From the IMG/VR virus record IMGVR_UViG_3300033148_006048: a stretch of DNA of 64,000 nt; one strand, given 5' to 3'. Both the position numbers and the translations under genes were made by a program. The notes beneath the pieces are model-generated. The model saw only the letters and a program-made list of their open reading frames with translations, made no database searches and was not told the DNA's origin. This document shows, piece by piece, positions 38,102-48,683 of this stretch. Numbering within the stretch: position 1 is the first letter of the stretch; each line of letters opens with the position of its first letter. The stretch comes from an uncultured virus (IMG/VR IMGVR_UViG_3300033148_006048) (Duplodnaviria > Heunggongvirae > Uroviricota > Caudoviricetes).

Positions 38102-40735
38102 TTAAACTGCTACTATTTGTAATTCAGAATCAGAGGTATTCCAAAGAATATAAGCATCATTATCAGTTCCAAAAAATATTTCTTTATTATCTACAATATG
38201 AACTGTACCATCCATCTCTACTCCAAAATTAATAGTTCCTTTTTCAGTAGTTCTAACAGCTATTGCTCTAAAACTTGCTTCAATAATAGTTCCTGAGTTT
38301 ACAATATCTAACATACAGCTATCCGTAGCACCTTTACTTATTGTTCCACTAGTATAAAGTAATTGTAATAACGAACCATCATCTTCACCTGAACCCCAAC
38401 CGTCAGTATCCCAAACTCTCATACGACCAATTTGATAACCAGAACTTGAGCCAGTAGTTCTAAAATCCCACAACGCTTCATTAGCCGCATCATCATAAGC
38501 TGTTGAATTAGCAACATATATCTGTGGGTCACCAGAACCAGTTGATATTCGCAATGAACCACCAGATACAGTAACGTGAGTAGCTGTTAATAATCCAGTA
38601 CTAGAATTGAATGTAAGGTTACTTCCTGTCTTTGCGGCTAAAGAACCTGAAGCCGCAGTGAAATATCCTACATAACAACTTGTATCTGCACTTTCATCGG
38701 CTACTGTTATTGTAGAAGCTAATGTAGCTGTTGCCGCATTGCCTGTACAACTTCCTGATGAACCACTTACATTTCCTGTTACATTACCAGTTAGATTTCC
38801 AGCAAATGAAGTTGCCGTGAGTAATCCAGTGCTTGAATTAAACGTAAGATTGGTTCCTGTTTTAGGAGAAACTGTACCAGTTGCAGCTGTGAAAAAACAT
38901 GGGAAACAAGTAGTATCAGCACTTTCATCAGCAGCAGTAACAGAAGCTACTGCCGTAATATTAGTTCCTGTAAAAGTTGGTGTTGCTCCAGAAATAACTG
39001 ACTGGTCTATAAAACTATGGTCAGAACCATCAGAACCTCTATGAGTAGTGTTGGCCGCTACGTCTGTTGCTATGTCAATTCCATCTACTGTGCCCGTAAG
39101 ACCAATATTGCCATTAATATACACATTATCGCAAAAATCAAACCTTGCATTTGCAATATCCCAACTCAATGATTTAAGAAAATCTAATGTATCTCCTACG
39201 AATGTAACGGATGGATCATTGCTACCATCTTCTATAACTGCTAACATACCCAAAACTCCGATACCAGCACTTAAAACGGTTGGTGCTCCGTGTATATATG
39301 GTGCATACCCTTGATTACCTATGTCTGAACCTGTCCAATCTATTTCATCTATTAATACGGTAGATGAGTTAGTGAGAGTTCTTGCTGACTCTACTGGCAT
39401 ATACTGTGTATGGTCATCATCTGCGAGACCAGCAAGCTCTCCGTGGTCAGGCGCCGTAGCTGTTGCGAATAAAGTATCAAACGCAGTCCCTATTTCTACT
39501 ATTTCAGCATTCCCTTCTTGGACTATAACTCTTGCCACTAAAATAGCAAACTGATTCACCAACGGAGGTAAAGAAGCTGGGACAACAGCATTTTGTGCTT
39601 CTATGAGTTTATAATTTCCTTGTCCGTAGACTACATTACAGTGACTATCTACATCCATAAATACCCAATGAACACCGTATCTATTTGTTCCCAAATTTGC
39701 TAATCCAGTAGCGACATCATTATATTGAACAGCATCTAGTTGAGTATTCCCAGTAGTTTCGACCCAATCAGCACCACCTCCCAAGTCCCCGTCATAATAC
39801 CAAGCATCAAAAGTATCAGTCCCAGAAGTATCTATACCAGTAATACTTAGTTGATTTAATCCGGCGTATACTACTCCATTAGTTATTGAAAAATGTAATG
39901 TTCCCTCATCTCCAGTTACTAGTCCCGAAGCTCTTTCAAATCCCCTTAATTGCCTTGCTCTGTGATGAGTTCGTCTTGCCAGGTTGTATATCCTTGTTCC
40001 TGCTTCATTTAAAACGTGCATGGTAGTTCCGTCATAAAAGACAGAACCAATCGCAAACTTTGTAGTATGGTCTACATCAGCAGTCGGATTATTAGTAATC
40101 AACACCGCAGGCGAAGCATCATAATCTACATAAACCGTATATCTGTTTCCATCATTTGCAATCGCTATTCCATTTCTCGCGGCAAAATCTACAAACACAG
40201 TAGGACTAATTTCAGTATCAGCAGTCTTTGCCATACCACACCCTGCTGTTACATTTATATTTCCACCACCAGCGTCAGATATTACTCCACCAGAAATAAG
40301 TCCAGATGACTGAGTAGTACCGGCCCAATCGTGGAGTGAGGTATAAGTAGGAGTACCATAGGCCATATCCGACAATGCCGAATCAACAAAAGTTGGACTA
40401 TCAGTAGTTTTTAAATTTTGGTCAAAAGCATCATCAAATGTTCCGGCCGTAATAAGCATAGCCACAGTATCTCCTGAGCTATGAGCATTATCACCAGTAC
40501 TTTCTTGGTTTTTTGTAACTGTCAAAGTATTCCCAGCAACACCAGTACACCGAACAATTTCCATATTCGGGTCATCTGCAGGATTCGGATAACTATTATC
40601 ATCCCAGCAAGTCAATAGAAAATCACCAGATGCTGGAAAAACTGAAGCATCCGCAACGTCCCATGCTGTTTCGCCAACCGCAATATCTTCAGACAAAGTG
40701 GTCTTTGCATTGTTTTTCTTTTGCAGAAAAGCCAT
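38102..40735 (-). CDS. Long tail-fibre-like structural protein
   Basis: NNA.TTL N-terminus, H..L.GL..DDH.QY, GNxxGN repeats, internal duplication AADESADT..LTFNSSTGLLTAT. Confidence 0.75.
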   Translation of the reverse strand: MAFLQKKNNAKTTLSEDIAVGETAWDVADASVFPASGDFLLTCWDDNSYPNPADDPNMEIVRCTGVAGNTLTVTKNQESTGDNAHSSGDTVAMLITAGTFDDAFDQNLKTTDSPTFVDSALSDMAYGTPTYTSLHDWAGTTQSSGLISGGVISDAGGGNINVTAGCGMAKTADTEISPTVFVDFAARNGIAIANDGNRYTVYVDYDASPAVLITNNPTADVDHTTKFAIGSVFYDGTTMHVLNEAGTRIYNLARRTHHRARQLRGFERASGLVTGDEGTLHFSITNGVVYAGLNQLSITGIDTSGTDTFDAWYYDGDLGGGADWVETTGNTQLDAVQYNDVATGLANLGTNRYGVHWVFMDVDSHCNVVYGQGNYKLIEAQNAVVPASLPPLVNQFAILVARVIVQEGNAEIVEIGTAFDTLFATATAPDHGELAGLADDDHTQYMPVESARTLTNSSTVLIDEIDWTGSDIGNQGYAPYIHGAPTVLSAGIGVLGMLAVIEDGSNDPSVTFVGDTLDFLKSLSWDIANARFDFCDNVYINGNIGLTGTVDGIDIATDVAANTTHRGSDGSDHSFIDQSVISGATPTFTGTNITAVASVTAADESADTTCFPCFFTAATGTVSPKTGTNLTFNSSTGLLTATSFAGNLTGNVTGNVSGSSGSCTGNAATATLASTITVADESADTSCYVGYFTAASGSLAAKTGSNLTFNSSTGLLTATHVTVSGGSLRISTGSGDPQIYVANSTAYDDAANEALWDFRTTGSSSGYQIGRMRVWDTDGWGSGEDDGSLLQLLYTSGTISKGATDSCMLDIVNSGTIIEASFRAIAVRTTEKGTINFGVEMDGTVHIVDNKEIFFGTDNDAYILWNTSDSELQIVAV

Positions 40736-40744
40736 GTTAAATTA

Positions 40745-41344
40745 TTTTAATTTTTTTAAATCGTCATCTGTCCAACCCTTCACCGGCCAAAATTTCTTTA
40801 ATACATATGAAAAGCCAAGAAGCTCCCTTTTGCTAATTTTAAATATCTGTCCTAGCGTTGAGTTATGTGAATGCGAAACTGATATGTCTGAAAGATATAA
40901 AAAACTTCTGCCCTTTTTATGCTGATTGAGCTAAACTAATCTTATCTTTGGTTTCCTTAGAATGTTTGTGACCCAAACTTGAACCCGCTGTTGGATTTAT
41001 GTTAAACATATTATCCCACCCAATCTTTTCTTTGTATACATTAATAAATTCTTGTTCTTTTTTTATTAGATTATTCTCTGTACAAAAATATAAAATTCCA
41101 AACTCTAAATTATCTTCACCATGCTTATCCCAAGTATTCTGTAAATAAGCATTATGATGATTACCACATTTTAAAGATTTAACATGCTCTAAAAATCTAC
41201 TTGACAAATCCTTTGCTGAACCAATATATATTTTATTATTTATCAAACTCTTTATATAGTATATCCCAGATTTTTTAACTTTCATCTCCTCTTTTTTTAA
41301 TTTTTTTAAATCGTCATCTGTCCAACCCTTCACCGGCCAAAATT
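40745..41344. repeat. Perfect 50-bp direct repeat (40745-40794 and 41295-41344) flanking a GIY-YIG module
   Basis: Both copies encode FWPVKGWTDDDLKKLK. Confidence 0.9.
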
Positions 41345-42257
41345 GCTCTACAATTTTTGATAAAGGATAGATTTGCTTTCCCCATTTATTCTCCCAGAAT
41401 AAATCTCTAATATATTTCTTTGTTTTTTGTACTACTCTGCCTCTTTGTTCATACGGAAAACTAAAGTCACCACCCTGTGTGCGAAACATATGAGCATACC
41501 AAGTGTCGTAATTAACCAACACTCTGCCACCAGCCAGTCTCGCCTTGGCGGCTACCTCAAGTCCTTGATTCCCCCAACTTCCAGCTTTCTCGTCACAAAG
41601 CTCCCACTCCCAATATTTTTCCCGAGTACTCATAAAACAACTTCCCTGTAAACTCATTGTTTCAGTATAACCATTTTCTTCTAAGCTTTTTTTAAATGCC
41701 GGCCGTTTAGTATAATCGTTGAAATACTGAAAATGCGGTTCAGAATCAAAACAATAAGATTTTGATTGTGGTCGTTCTTTGCCCTTCCAAATCATCTTAC
41801 GCTTTATTTTCTTCGTCTCTCCGCAGTCCGGACATTCTGTTGGTGTTGGACCCTGATATTTTTTCCAACCACATTTATAACATTTCCAGTCAAAAGCCCA
41901 AAGATTCCGCATAACCGGAACTGCCACAACGTCCTCACCAACTTTTTTCATAAAGTCAATCATTTTCCTATCAAATCCTTTGTCAAAGGAGCAATGCGCG
42001 TCAACCTTCATAACATACTTAGCCTTGCTCATTCTAACTGCCATGTTTGCTGTCGCCCGTTGCCCGATTGATTTTGGCACGTAAATTATATTTACCCGTT
42101 CGTTTATTGGAATAGGCGGATTCGCCCATTCCCCATCTAAAACTGCGATAATTTCTGTATCAGCTTCTATATTTTTTAAAATGTCCCCTATCGTCTCACG
42201 CAAGAAAATTTCACAGCGACTCGGTATTACGATACTAAGTTCCATTGTTAATTCCAT
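40917..42257 (-). CDS. GT2 glycosyltransferase fused in frame to a GIY-YIG endonuclease domain
   Basis: SIVIP, DAHC, QGSCF; then GIYYI..N.KIYIGS..R..H and a NUMOD3-like segment. Confidence 0.85.
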   Translation of the reverse strand: MELTMELSIVIPSRCEIFLRETIGDILKNIEADTEIIAVLDGEWANPPIPINERVNIIYVPKSIGQRATANMAVRMSKAKYVMKVDAHCSFDKGFDRKMIDFMKKVGEDVVAVPVMRNLWAFDWKCYKCGWKKYQGPTPTECPDCGETKKIKRKMIWKGKERPQSKSYCFDSEPHFQYFNDYTKRPAFKKSLEENGYTETMSLQGSCFMSTREKYWEWELCDEKAGSWGNQGLEVAAKARLAGGRVLVNYDTWYAHMFRTQGGDFSFPYEQRGRVVQKTKKYIRDLFWENKWGKQIYPLSKIVEQFWPVKGWTDDDLKKLKKEEMKVKKSGIYYIKSLINNKIYIGSAKDLSSRFLEHVKSLKCGNHHNAYLQNTWDKHGEDNLEFGILYFCTENNLIKKEQEFINVYKEKIGWDNMFNINPTAGSSLGHKHSKETKDKISLAQSA

Positions 42258-42921
42258 ACTTTAATGCTTGGTTATATTTTTTTTCTAATTTACTTTTTTT
42301 CCAAGTGTGATGACTCCCCCGTCCAACTCTTTTGTCTTCAGAACTCATATAATCACCCATTCGCAATTTCCGTTCAATAAATTCGTCTGTCCAAGGACTA
42401 AAAACGTATTTGTAAATCCACTCGGAAGATTTTATTACTTTATGTTTTGTGCTATGTCTACCAACACCATAATTCCCATTATAATAATTGTGTAAAAATC
42501 TATACCGGTTAGCACTCTTATCAACAAAACCAAAATGTTTTTGCTCTACCAATGGCCGGTCGTATGTCGGCCTATTTTTTGGCTCAACATCGACCATTCT
42601 TAACATCGGTATAGCAAAAGCTGTCAGCTTCGTTTTCAATTCTGGCACACCCATCAAAAATTCCGTAGTTGTTAAAACCATTTTATATCCCTTAAACTCC
42701 CTCTCCGCTTCCATCCATTCTCTATCGTTATCCGAAAAATCCCAATTTCTATTTTTTGTATCCCTAATCTCCCAAGTCGGACAAATCTTTTTAATAATCT
42801 CCACCGACTTGTCTGTTGAAAAATAGTTCACAAGCACTCCGTGTTCAAATATTTTTTTGTGATGTTCAAGCCACCAAGGCAATAAATACTCTTCGTTATA
42901 GAAACTACTAAACAAAATCAT
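42235..42921 (-). CDS. GT2-like glycosyltransferase
   Basis: YNEE.LLPWWL.HH..F..G...STD.S. Confidence 0.7.
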   Translation of the reverse strand: MILFSSFYNEEYLLPWWLEHHKKIFEHGVLVNYFSTDKSVEIIKKICPTWEIRDTKNRNWDFSDNDREWMEAEREFKGYKMVLTTTEFLMGVPELKTKLTAFAIPMLRMVDVEPKNRPTYDRPLVEQKHFGFVDKSANRYRFLHNYYNGNYGVGRHSTKHKVIKSSEWIYKYVFSPWTDEFIERKLRMGDYMSSEDKRVGRGSHHTWKKSKLEKKYNQALKYGINNGT

Positions 42922-42927
42922 ATACTC

Positions 42928-43476
42928 TTATGTTTTTACAAACCACCAACTTGATGTACGCTCATCCGTCAAATACAATGTTTTAATATTATGAGCTTTC
43001 ACGTAAGTATTAACCGCCAACACAACATCCGGCCATATCTTAGAGTTATAGTCATGTCCCGAAACAATTCCACCTTTCCTAACTCTTTTCGACCATTCAA
43101 TTATATCCTCCATCACATAATCGAAATGATGTGAAGCGTCAATATAAACGAAATCTATTGAATTATATGGTACTTCCTGAACAGCCTCTAAACTGGTTTT
43201 ATTAATAATTTCACAATTATATTTCTTTAACCTGTACTGTGCTATTTCGTAATTAACTTTATGTGTATCTTTCCCTAATCTTGCTGAAGCTTTGTCTCCG
43301 GGCACAACATCGAAAATATCAACTGTTTTTAATTTCAAATTTCTATTATAGGCACAAAGAACTTTAGCATATCTACCCCTAAGCGTCCCTATTTCGTAAC
43401 CATTATTAAATTTTTTTCTAGCAAATTTTATAGCTAAACCTTTTTTTGTCAATCCCTTAATTTTTTCTGTAACCAT
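42928..43476 (-). CDS. Class I SAM-dependent methyltransferase
   Basis: EIGT..G, DFVYIDA.H, GG..SGHDY. Confidence 0.85.
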   Translation of the reverse strand: MVTEKIKGLTKKGLAIKFARKKFNNGYEIGTLRGRYAKVLCAYNRNLKLKTVDIFDVVPGDKASARLGKDTHKVNYEIAQYRLKKYNCEIINKTSLEAVQEVPYNSIDFVYIDASHHFDYVMEDIIEWSKRVRKGGIVSGHDYNSKIWPDVVLAVNTYVKAHNIKTLYLTDERTSSWWFVKT

Positions 43477-44014
43477 AATTCCGTAATATTATTAAAAAGT
43501 CATCTGGTTGTTTATATAATTCTCGTAAATCAATAAGTTCAATAGAATAATTTGTATTCTTCCGTATCTTTTCAAACCAATGCTCTGGTGCTTGACAGTC
43601 TTCAATAATCATTACTCCTTCCGGCTTCAGCTTAAAATTTTTAACCGTATACACCACGTCACTCAACCTATGACTCCCATCATCAATAACAATGTCATAT
43701 TCCTTTTCCGGTTTAAAATTTTTAACGTCCGAAATAACATATTTAATATTCTCTCGTTTTTTTTCAACTTTATCTTCAATATCAATACCCGTCACATTCG
43801 CGTTCGGGAAGAATTCCTTCCAAGCAATTAAACTACCACCAAACTCTGTACCAATTTCTATAAGGTCAAGTTCAGCGTTTTTGTCAAAGTGCTTAAAAAT
43901 ATTATCATAAGCCAAACCGTAACAATGACCATGTTTTTTACATCTATTCTTGTCTGTTCCATGTTCACAGTCAGACTTATAAGCATATTTTGTTAAAATT
44001 TCTGATATTTTCAT
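43457..44014 (-). CDS. Class I SAM-dependent methyltransferase (sugar O-methyltransferase-like)
   Basis: GTDK, EIG..GGSL..W, IIDDGSH-like, IIED. Confidence 0.85.
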   Translation of the reverse strand: MKISEILTKYAYKSDCEHGTDKNRCKKHGHCYGLAYDNIFKHFDKNAELDLIEIGTEFGGSLIAWKEFFPNANVTGIDIEDKVEKKRENIKYVISDVKNFKPEKEYDIVIDDGSHRLSDVVYTVKNFKLKPEGVMIIEDCQAPEHWFEKIRKNTNYSIELIDLRELYKQPDDFLIILRNYGYRKN

Positions 44015-44425
44015 AATTTTTTGTAAAGTGGAGTCAAGGAATTAATTAATTAGCGTTCTCCGTCTCCGAAGTTATATTTTTTCAAGCGGTTGCGCTGATA
44101 ATGGCGCAACATTCTGAGCATTCCTATCTTCAATCCAACCAGCCATCTCGGCATGGTAACGCATATTCTCAATCGCATTCCTATACTCATCATTAGCGAA
44201 TCCCTTAATAAGACCTTTTAGTGCTTCTACTTGTTGTTTATCTGATATAGAAGCTTCAATCAGATTGTATAGCTTAGCTTTGAATCGGTTAAAATTGCCA
44301 GAAACAATATTCTCCAATCCCCAGTAGGAAAAGCTAACTCCTACCTCTACCAAGTTTTCGTTGTCGTTTTTTTTACTTGACATAACGTTGACTCCTTAAC
44401 TTGACTCCACTTTACAAAAAATTAT
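44013..44425. repeat. Perfect 26-bp inverted repeat (44013-44038 / 44400-44425) enclosing one gene
   Basis: ATAATTTTTTGTAAAGTGGAGTCAAG and its reverse complement. Confidence 0.9.
44072..44383 (-). CDS. Hypothetical protein inside an inverted-repeat cassette
   Basis: AAGGAG SD, 103 aa. Confidence 0.7.
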   Translation of the reverse strand: MSSKKNDNENLVEVGVSFSYWGLENIVSGNFNRFKAKLYNLIEASISDKQQVEALKGLIKGFANDEYRNAIENMRYHAEMAGWIEDRNAQNVAPLSAQPLEKI

Positions 44426-45160
44426 TTATATTTTTCCCCTTTGTGGTGTATCTTTAAAATCATCACATAAGCTTAATAATAAATTTTTATCCCAATACGG
44501 AACATCGTCCAAGGTAGCTTCTCTCCAATTCTGACAATGTTTCTGATTACGAAATTCATCAGGGTTCATTCTGAAAACACCCGTCCAATTATCTCCATGT
44601 CGAACGTCAACATTCGGTAATTCGCTCCACCATCTTTTAAACGGCATTTTATCTATTTTTCTGCTCTGGCCAGTCCCAGGTTCCCAACCGTAAGCCCTTT
44701 TACCTTCAGCTATCATTTTGAGTCTCTTCTCATAATGCTTTATCAAAAGTTTTCTGTTGGCACATAATTGCGAAAGCCAGTTACAGTCATAGCCAATAAT
44801 TTTTTTATCTGATAAACGATATTTATAAACATTACTATTGTAATAATAAGTATCATCTCTCGGCGGTCTAAAATCAAAATGGCTAGGATGATAAATAACA
44901 TCATGCTCGCAAAAGAATAAATAATCCTCTTTGGCATTTTTCAAACCTACAAGTATCTGGTTGTAAAGAACTGTATGACTTCGACCTTTCCATTTGGTAT
45001 AAATAATATTATTCCCGAAATCAATCGGCTTCTGCGTAACGCTCGTTATCGGCAAACCTGAAGCCAGAATTGTTTTTCGACAAAGGTCATTAAGCTTCGT
45101 TCCATCAAGCTTATTCTCCGAATAATATAAAATTCCGATTGTTTTCTTTAATTCTCCCAT
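44426..45160 (-). CDS. GT-A-like glycosyltransferase
   Basis: FFCEHDV.Y, D.RH motifs; lies in the GT cluster. Confidence 0.6.
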   Translation of the reverse strand: MGELKKTIGILYYSENKLDGTKLNDLCRKTILASGLPITSVTQKPIDFGNNIIYTKWKGRSHTVLYNQILVGLKNAKEDYLFFCEHDVIYHPSHFDFRPPRDDTYYYNSNVYKYRLSDKKIIGYDCNWLSQLCANRKLLIKHYEKRLKMIAEGKRAYGWEPGTGQSRKIDKMPFKRWWSELPNVDVRHGDNWTGVFRMNPDEFRNQKHCQNWREATLDDVPYWDKNLLLSLCDDFKDTPQRGKI

Positions 45161-45696
45161 ACTTTTTCAAAGAACCTAATCCAATATTCTCTATCAAAAT
45201 TTGTTTTCATATGACACTTCCTACACAAAGATATCAAATTATTTGGGTCTAAATTATTCTTATCATAATCTATATGATGAACATCAAGTTTTGTGTAGGA
45301 ATCAACCAATTCATCTTGATGTATCCCACATAATTGACAAATATAATTATCTCTTTTTCTAATACTATCCCTTAAATCATCAGTCCATCCAAAACTATAT
45401 TCTTCGAATGATTTACCACCCTGCCAATTAGGATGATTTTCTTTTGATACACTTTTACTTATCTTTATCTTTGTTTTTTTAGATAATCTAACACCTTCAC
45501 GACCATTTGGTTTACCTTTTTTAGCTATACTCATTCTCTTTTTTGTTTCTTCAGATAGTTTTTTCCCTTTATGTGCCTTACTTAATTTTCTTTTATGTTC
45601 ATTTGAAAGTTTAACTCCTTTCCGTGATGGTGGTTTCGTTCCTCTTTTCTTATGAGATTCACTCATTTTTTTTCTAATTTCTTTAGAATATTTCAT
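45148..45696 (-). CDS. Free-standing HNH endonuclease with NUMOD3 repeats
   Basis: RDNYICQLC, HHIDYDK.N, LC..CH. Confidence 0.88.
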   Translation of the reverse strand: MKYSKEIRKKMSESHKKRGTKPPSRKGVKLSNEHKRKLSKAHKGKKLSEETKKRMSIAKKGKPNGREGVRLSKKTKIKISKSVSKENHPNWQGGKSFEEYSFGWTDDLRDSIRKRDNYICQLCGIHQDELVDSYTKLDVHHIDYDKNNLDPNNLISLCRKCHMKTNFDREYWIRFFEKVWEN

Positions 45697-45699
45697 AAT

Positions 45700-46266
45700 T
45701 TATTCCCAATCTTTAAAAAACCAGAAGGATTTAACTCTCTCATCAGTCATATAAACAGTCTTAACTCCGTGCATACAAGTATAAGCCTCAACTGCTTCAA
45801 CAATACCACCATTAACAAAGTGGTAATAATCATGTCCAGAAATTATCCCGCCTTTTTTAACTCGCTTCCCCCATTCAATTAAATCCGCCATCACATAATC
45901 AAATCCATGTCCGCCGTCAATATAAACAAAATCTATTGAGTTAAGCGGAAATTCTAATGTAGCGGCCATACTGGTTTTTTTAAGAAGTTTGTAATTCGGA
46001 AAAGGTTTAGTTCTTTTCAGCGCTCCTTTATAAAACTTATGTTGCGCACTGGCCCCTTTTCTTTCAGCCCTTAATTCAATAATGTCATAATCGTCAACCC
46101 CGTAAAGTTCAACTCCGGACATAGTCTTACAAAGCTGTTCTGAAAATTCCCCTTTATAGACTCCAACTTCAACGCCTTTGGTAAAACCTTTTTCATGAAA
46201 CATTTTACCAAAATCATCTCGTTTGAAGTTAGCAACTGTTATGTTTTCAATTTTTTTCATATCCAT
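45700..46266 (-). CDS. Class I SAM-dependent methyltransferase
   Basis: EVGV..G, DFVYIDG.H, SGHDY; paralogue of 42928-43476. Confidence 0.85.
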   Translation of the reverse strand: MDMKKIENITVANFKRDDFGKMFHEKGFTKGVEVGVYKGEFSEQLCKTMSGVELYGVDDYDIIELRAERKGASAQHKFYKGALKRTKPFPNYKLLKKTSMAATLEFPLNSIDFVYIDGGHGFDYVMADLIEWGKRVKKGGIISGHDYYHFVNGGIVEAVEAYTCMHGVKTVYMTDERVKSFWFFKDWE

Positions 46267-46984
46267 ATTGTTTTGCTAATGTCTTAATATATTCACGACT
46301 CTTAGTCCTATCTGTCGTATAAAATCTGCTCATCCTCGCGTGAGCATACCAAGTCTTTTTATTCCTAACAACTCTACCTCCATCATATTTAACTTTCATT
46401 GTTATTTCCGAAGCTTCATTACCAGAACCCGCAAAATTAACATCGTCAAGCAATCCAAGCTTTTTGAAATAGTCTTTTTCAATAAAATAGCAACTTCCCT
46501 GAAAAGTCTCAGTATCGTCAATCAATTTTTTCTTCAAGTCCTTATTTCTATTTTTACCTCCACACTTCACACCAATAAAATCTCTATTAAAATACATATA
46601 ATCAATATCAGGTAAATCACTATCCTCTAACTGCCAAGTTTTATAATACAACCTTTTTCTTCTTGGTATCTGAATCCAGTTTGGTTGGTGTTCTGTTTTC
46701 AAAATTTCGTCAATACCATCATCTAACATACAATGAGCATCAAGCTTCATTAAATATTTACCTTGTGCTATCTCGACTGCCTGATTAATCGCAGTCCGCA
46801 TTCCTTTTGATTTTTCATTGTAAATGTACTTCACCCCTTCAACACGTTCTGCGTCCTTTCCGTCTAAGGTAACTATTATCTCGTAGTCACCCTTTAATTT
46901 ATTTTTTACTTCTTCAATAGTTTTGTTTAAATACCTCTCTCTGCGGGCGGGTATAATTACACTTACTTTACTCATATTTTCCAC
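46247..46984 (-). CDS. GT2 glycosyltransferase
   Basis: SVIIP, DAHC, QGSC. Confidence 0.85.
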   Translation of the reverse strand: MENMSKVSVIIPARRERYLNKTIEEVKNKLKGDYEIIVTLDGKDAERVEGVKYIYNEKSKGMRTAINQAVEIAQGKYLMKLDAHCMLDDGIDEILKTEHQPNWIQIPRRKRLYYKTWQLEDSDLPDIDYMYFNRDFIGVKCGGKNRNKDLKKKLIDDTETFQGSCYFIEKDYFKKLGLLDDVNFAGSGNEASEITMKVKYDGGRVVRNKKTWYAHARMSRFYTTDRTKSREYIKTLAKQYGYEKN

Positions 46985-47757
46985 TTAGGCTTAATTTCCT
47001 TGAAGTAATAATCTTTCCAAGTATCATAGCAATGCTGTATATTCGGGTCACCATCTTGACTGCCATAACTATGCGCACGAGGAAATGTATAATGCTTGTG
47101 CGCAAACCAAGTATTCTTATTAATCATCATCTTACCTCCAGCCTTCCAAGTCTTAAAAATCATCTCGTGCGAATCCTGATAATGTGAACCGTAACCTTTC
47201 GTCTGTAATTCTCCAATAACTTTATCCCACCAACTTTTCTTCATCACCCAGCAACTGCCCTGCATAGCCATTGTTTCGTCAATCATTATATCTTTACGTT
47301 CCCTAGTTCTCGAATTCCATCTCACCCCTTCGAATTTCTTTTTTCCGTTATCAAACACTCTCTCTTTTAGCTTCTCATAATCAACAGGCGGCAAATTCAT
47401 CACCTTCCATTTGACAGGGTCAAGGAAAAACCGCCTCGGAGTTACTATCCAGTTGTCTTTGCATGTCTCTGTCAATACTTTATCGTAGCCTTTGGCGAAC
47501 ATACAATGTTCATCTGTTCGCATTATATACTCACCTCGGCTAATAGAAATCCCAGCGTTAATCGCACCTCGCATTCCTCTATTTTTACCTAAATGTAAGT
47601 AAACAACTCTATCATCACAAACAATATCTTCCGGTTTCGGCCAATATCCATCCAAAACAGCAATAACCTCTATTTCTCCTTCCGCACCATCAAGTAAAGA
47701 TTCTATGGTTTTCTTGAGCAAGGGGTCTTTATAGCTGGGTATAATCACTGAAAGCAT
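46972..47757 (-). CDS. GT2 glycosyltransferase
   Basis: SVIIP, DEHC, QGSCW. Confidence 0.85.
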   Translation of the reverse strand: MLSVIIPSYKDPLLKKTIESLLDGAEGEIEVIAVLDGYWPKPEDIVCDDRVVYLHLGKNRGMRGAINAGISISRGEYIMRTDEHCMFAKGYDKVLTETCKDNWIVTPRRFFLDPVKWKVMNLPPVDYEKLKERVFDNGKKKFEGVRWNSRTRERKDIMIDETMAMQGSCWVMKKSWWDKVIGELQTKGYGSHYQDSHEMIFKTWKAGGKMMINKNTWFAHKHYTFPRAHSYGSQDGDPNIQHCYDTWKDYYFKEIKPKWKI

Positions 47758-47831
47758 AATAATTTTTCATTACTTTATTAACATCACCTCATTGTCTTCC
47801 GTGGGGAACTATAAAGAACCCCACGGAAAAC

Positions 47832-48620
47832 TTATGTAGAAGGACTAATACTTGGACTGATTGAAGGACTTAACGAAGCACTAGGGCTCATTGATGAACT
47901 CAAAGACGGACTCAATGAAGCACTAGGGCTCACTGATGAACTTAAAGACGGACTCAAAGATGGTGAAAGCGAAGGACTTAACGAAGCACTAGGGCTAACA
48001 CTAGAACTCACACTGGCTGAAACTGAAGGCATAATTACATCATTAGTATCAGCATGTTCATACCAAACTAATTCAAGTGAAACTTGAACAGCCGCATAAG
48101 TAGTCACAGAAACAACATAGCTTGTATTCTGTTTCAAAACAAATTCATTAATTCCACGACCCACTCCGGTAGCAATCGTTTTGCTAGCATTTCCAGTAGA
48201 ACCAGAACGAATAGTGTACACCGTAGTAGCACCATCGGTTGAACCACCAGTTGCACCTCGAAGAACCCGGGTCTCCGCAGTACCAGTAGAATTTCGGTTG
48301 TGATTAATAGGTGTCAACGCAGTTCCAGTATCTCTATCCGCTCCTTCTGTAACAAGAAGTAACATCTCACCAGTACATTCAACATTAAACACCATATGTG
48401 ACCACTCTGTTGTGTTCGGAGTAATAACTAACCACTTTTGGGTAGTAGTACTAACACTCTGAACATCTGAAACAGTAAACATTTTACCAGCGTGTACTTC
48501 ATGATGCTCATATTCAATGGTCTGCAACGTATTTGTTGAAAAGTCAACACCTCCACGATTGGAGTCGTAATTAACACCTACTATTGCTTGTCTACCTGTT
48601 GGTAAACTTTTAAATTCCAT
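47832..48620 (-). CDS. Putative structural protein with a C-terminal Ser-X repeat
   Basis: HHEVH.G domain followed by about 65 aa of SPSASLSPS repeat. Confidence 0.75.
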   Translation of the reverse strand: MEFKSLPTGRQAIVGVNYDSNRGGVDFSTNTLQTIEYEHHEVHAGKMFTVSDVQSVSTTTQKWLVITPNTTEWSHMVFNVECTGEMLLLVTEGADRDTGTALTPINHNRNSTGTAETRVLRGATGGSTDGATTVYTIRSGSTGNASKTIATGVGRGINEFVLKQNTSYVVSVTTYAAVQVSLELVWYEHADTNDVIMPSVSASVSSSVSPSASLSPSLSPSLSPSLSSSVSPSASLSPSLSSSMSPSASLSPSISPSISPST

Positions 48621-48683
48621 ACTGTTTATTAATTATAACGATATTTTTGCCTCATTTAATATCTAATTTATTATTTTACTTTA

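Noticed and set aside
40745..41344. 50-bp repeat as a diversity-generating retroelement TR/VR pair
   Set aside because: The copies are identical, with no adenine-specific mismatches, and there is no reverse transcriptase in the window
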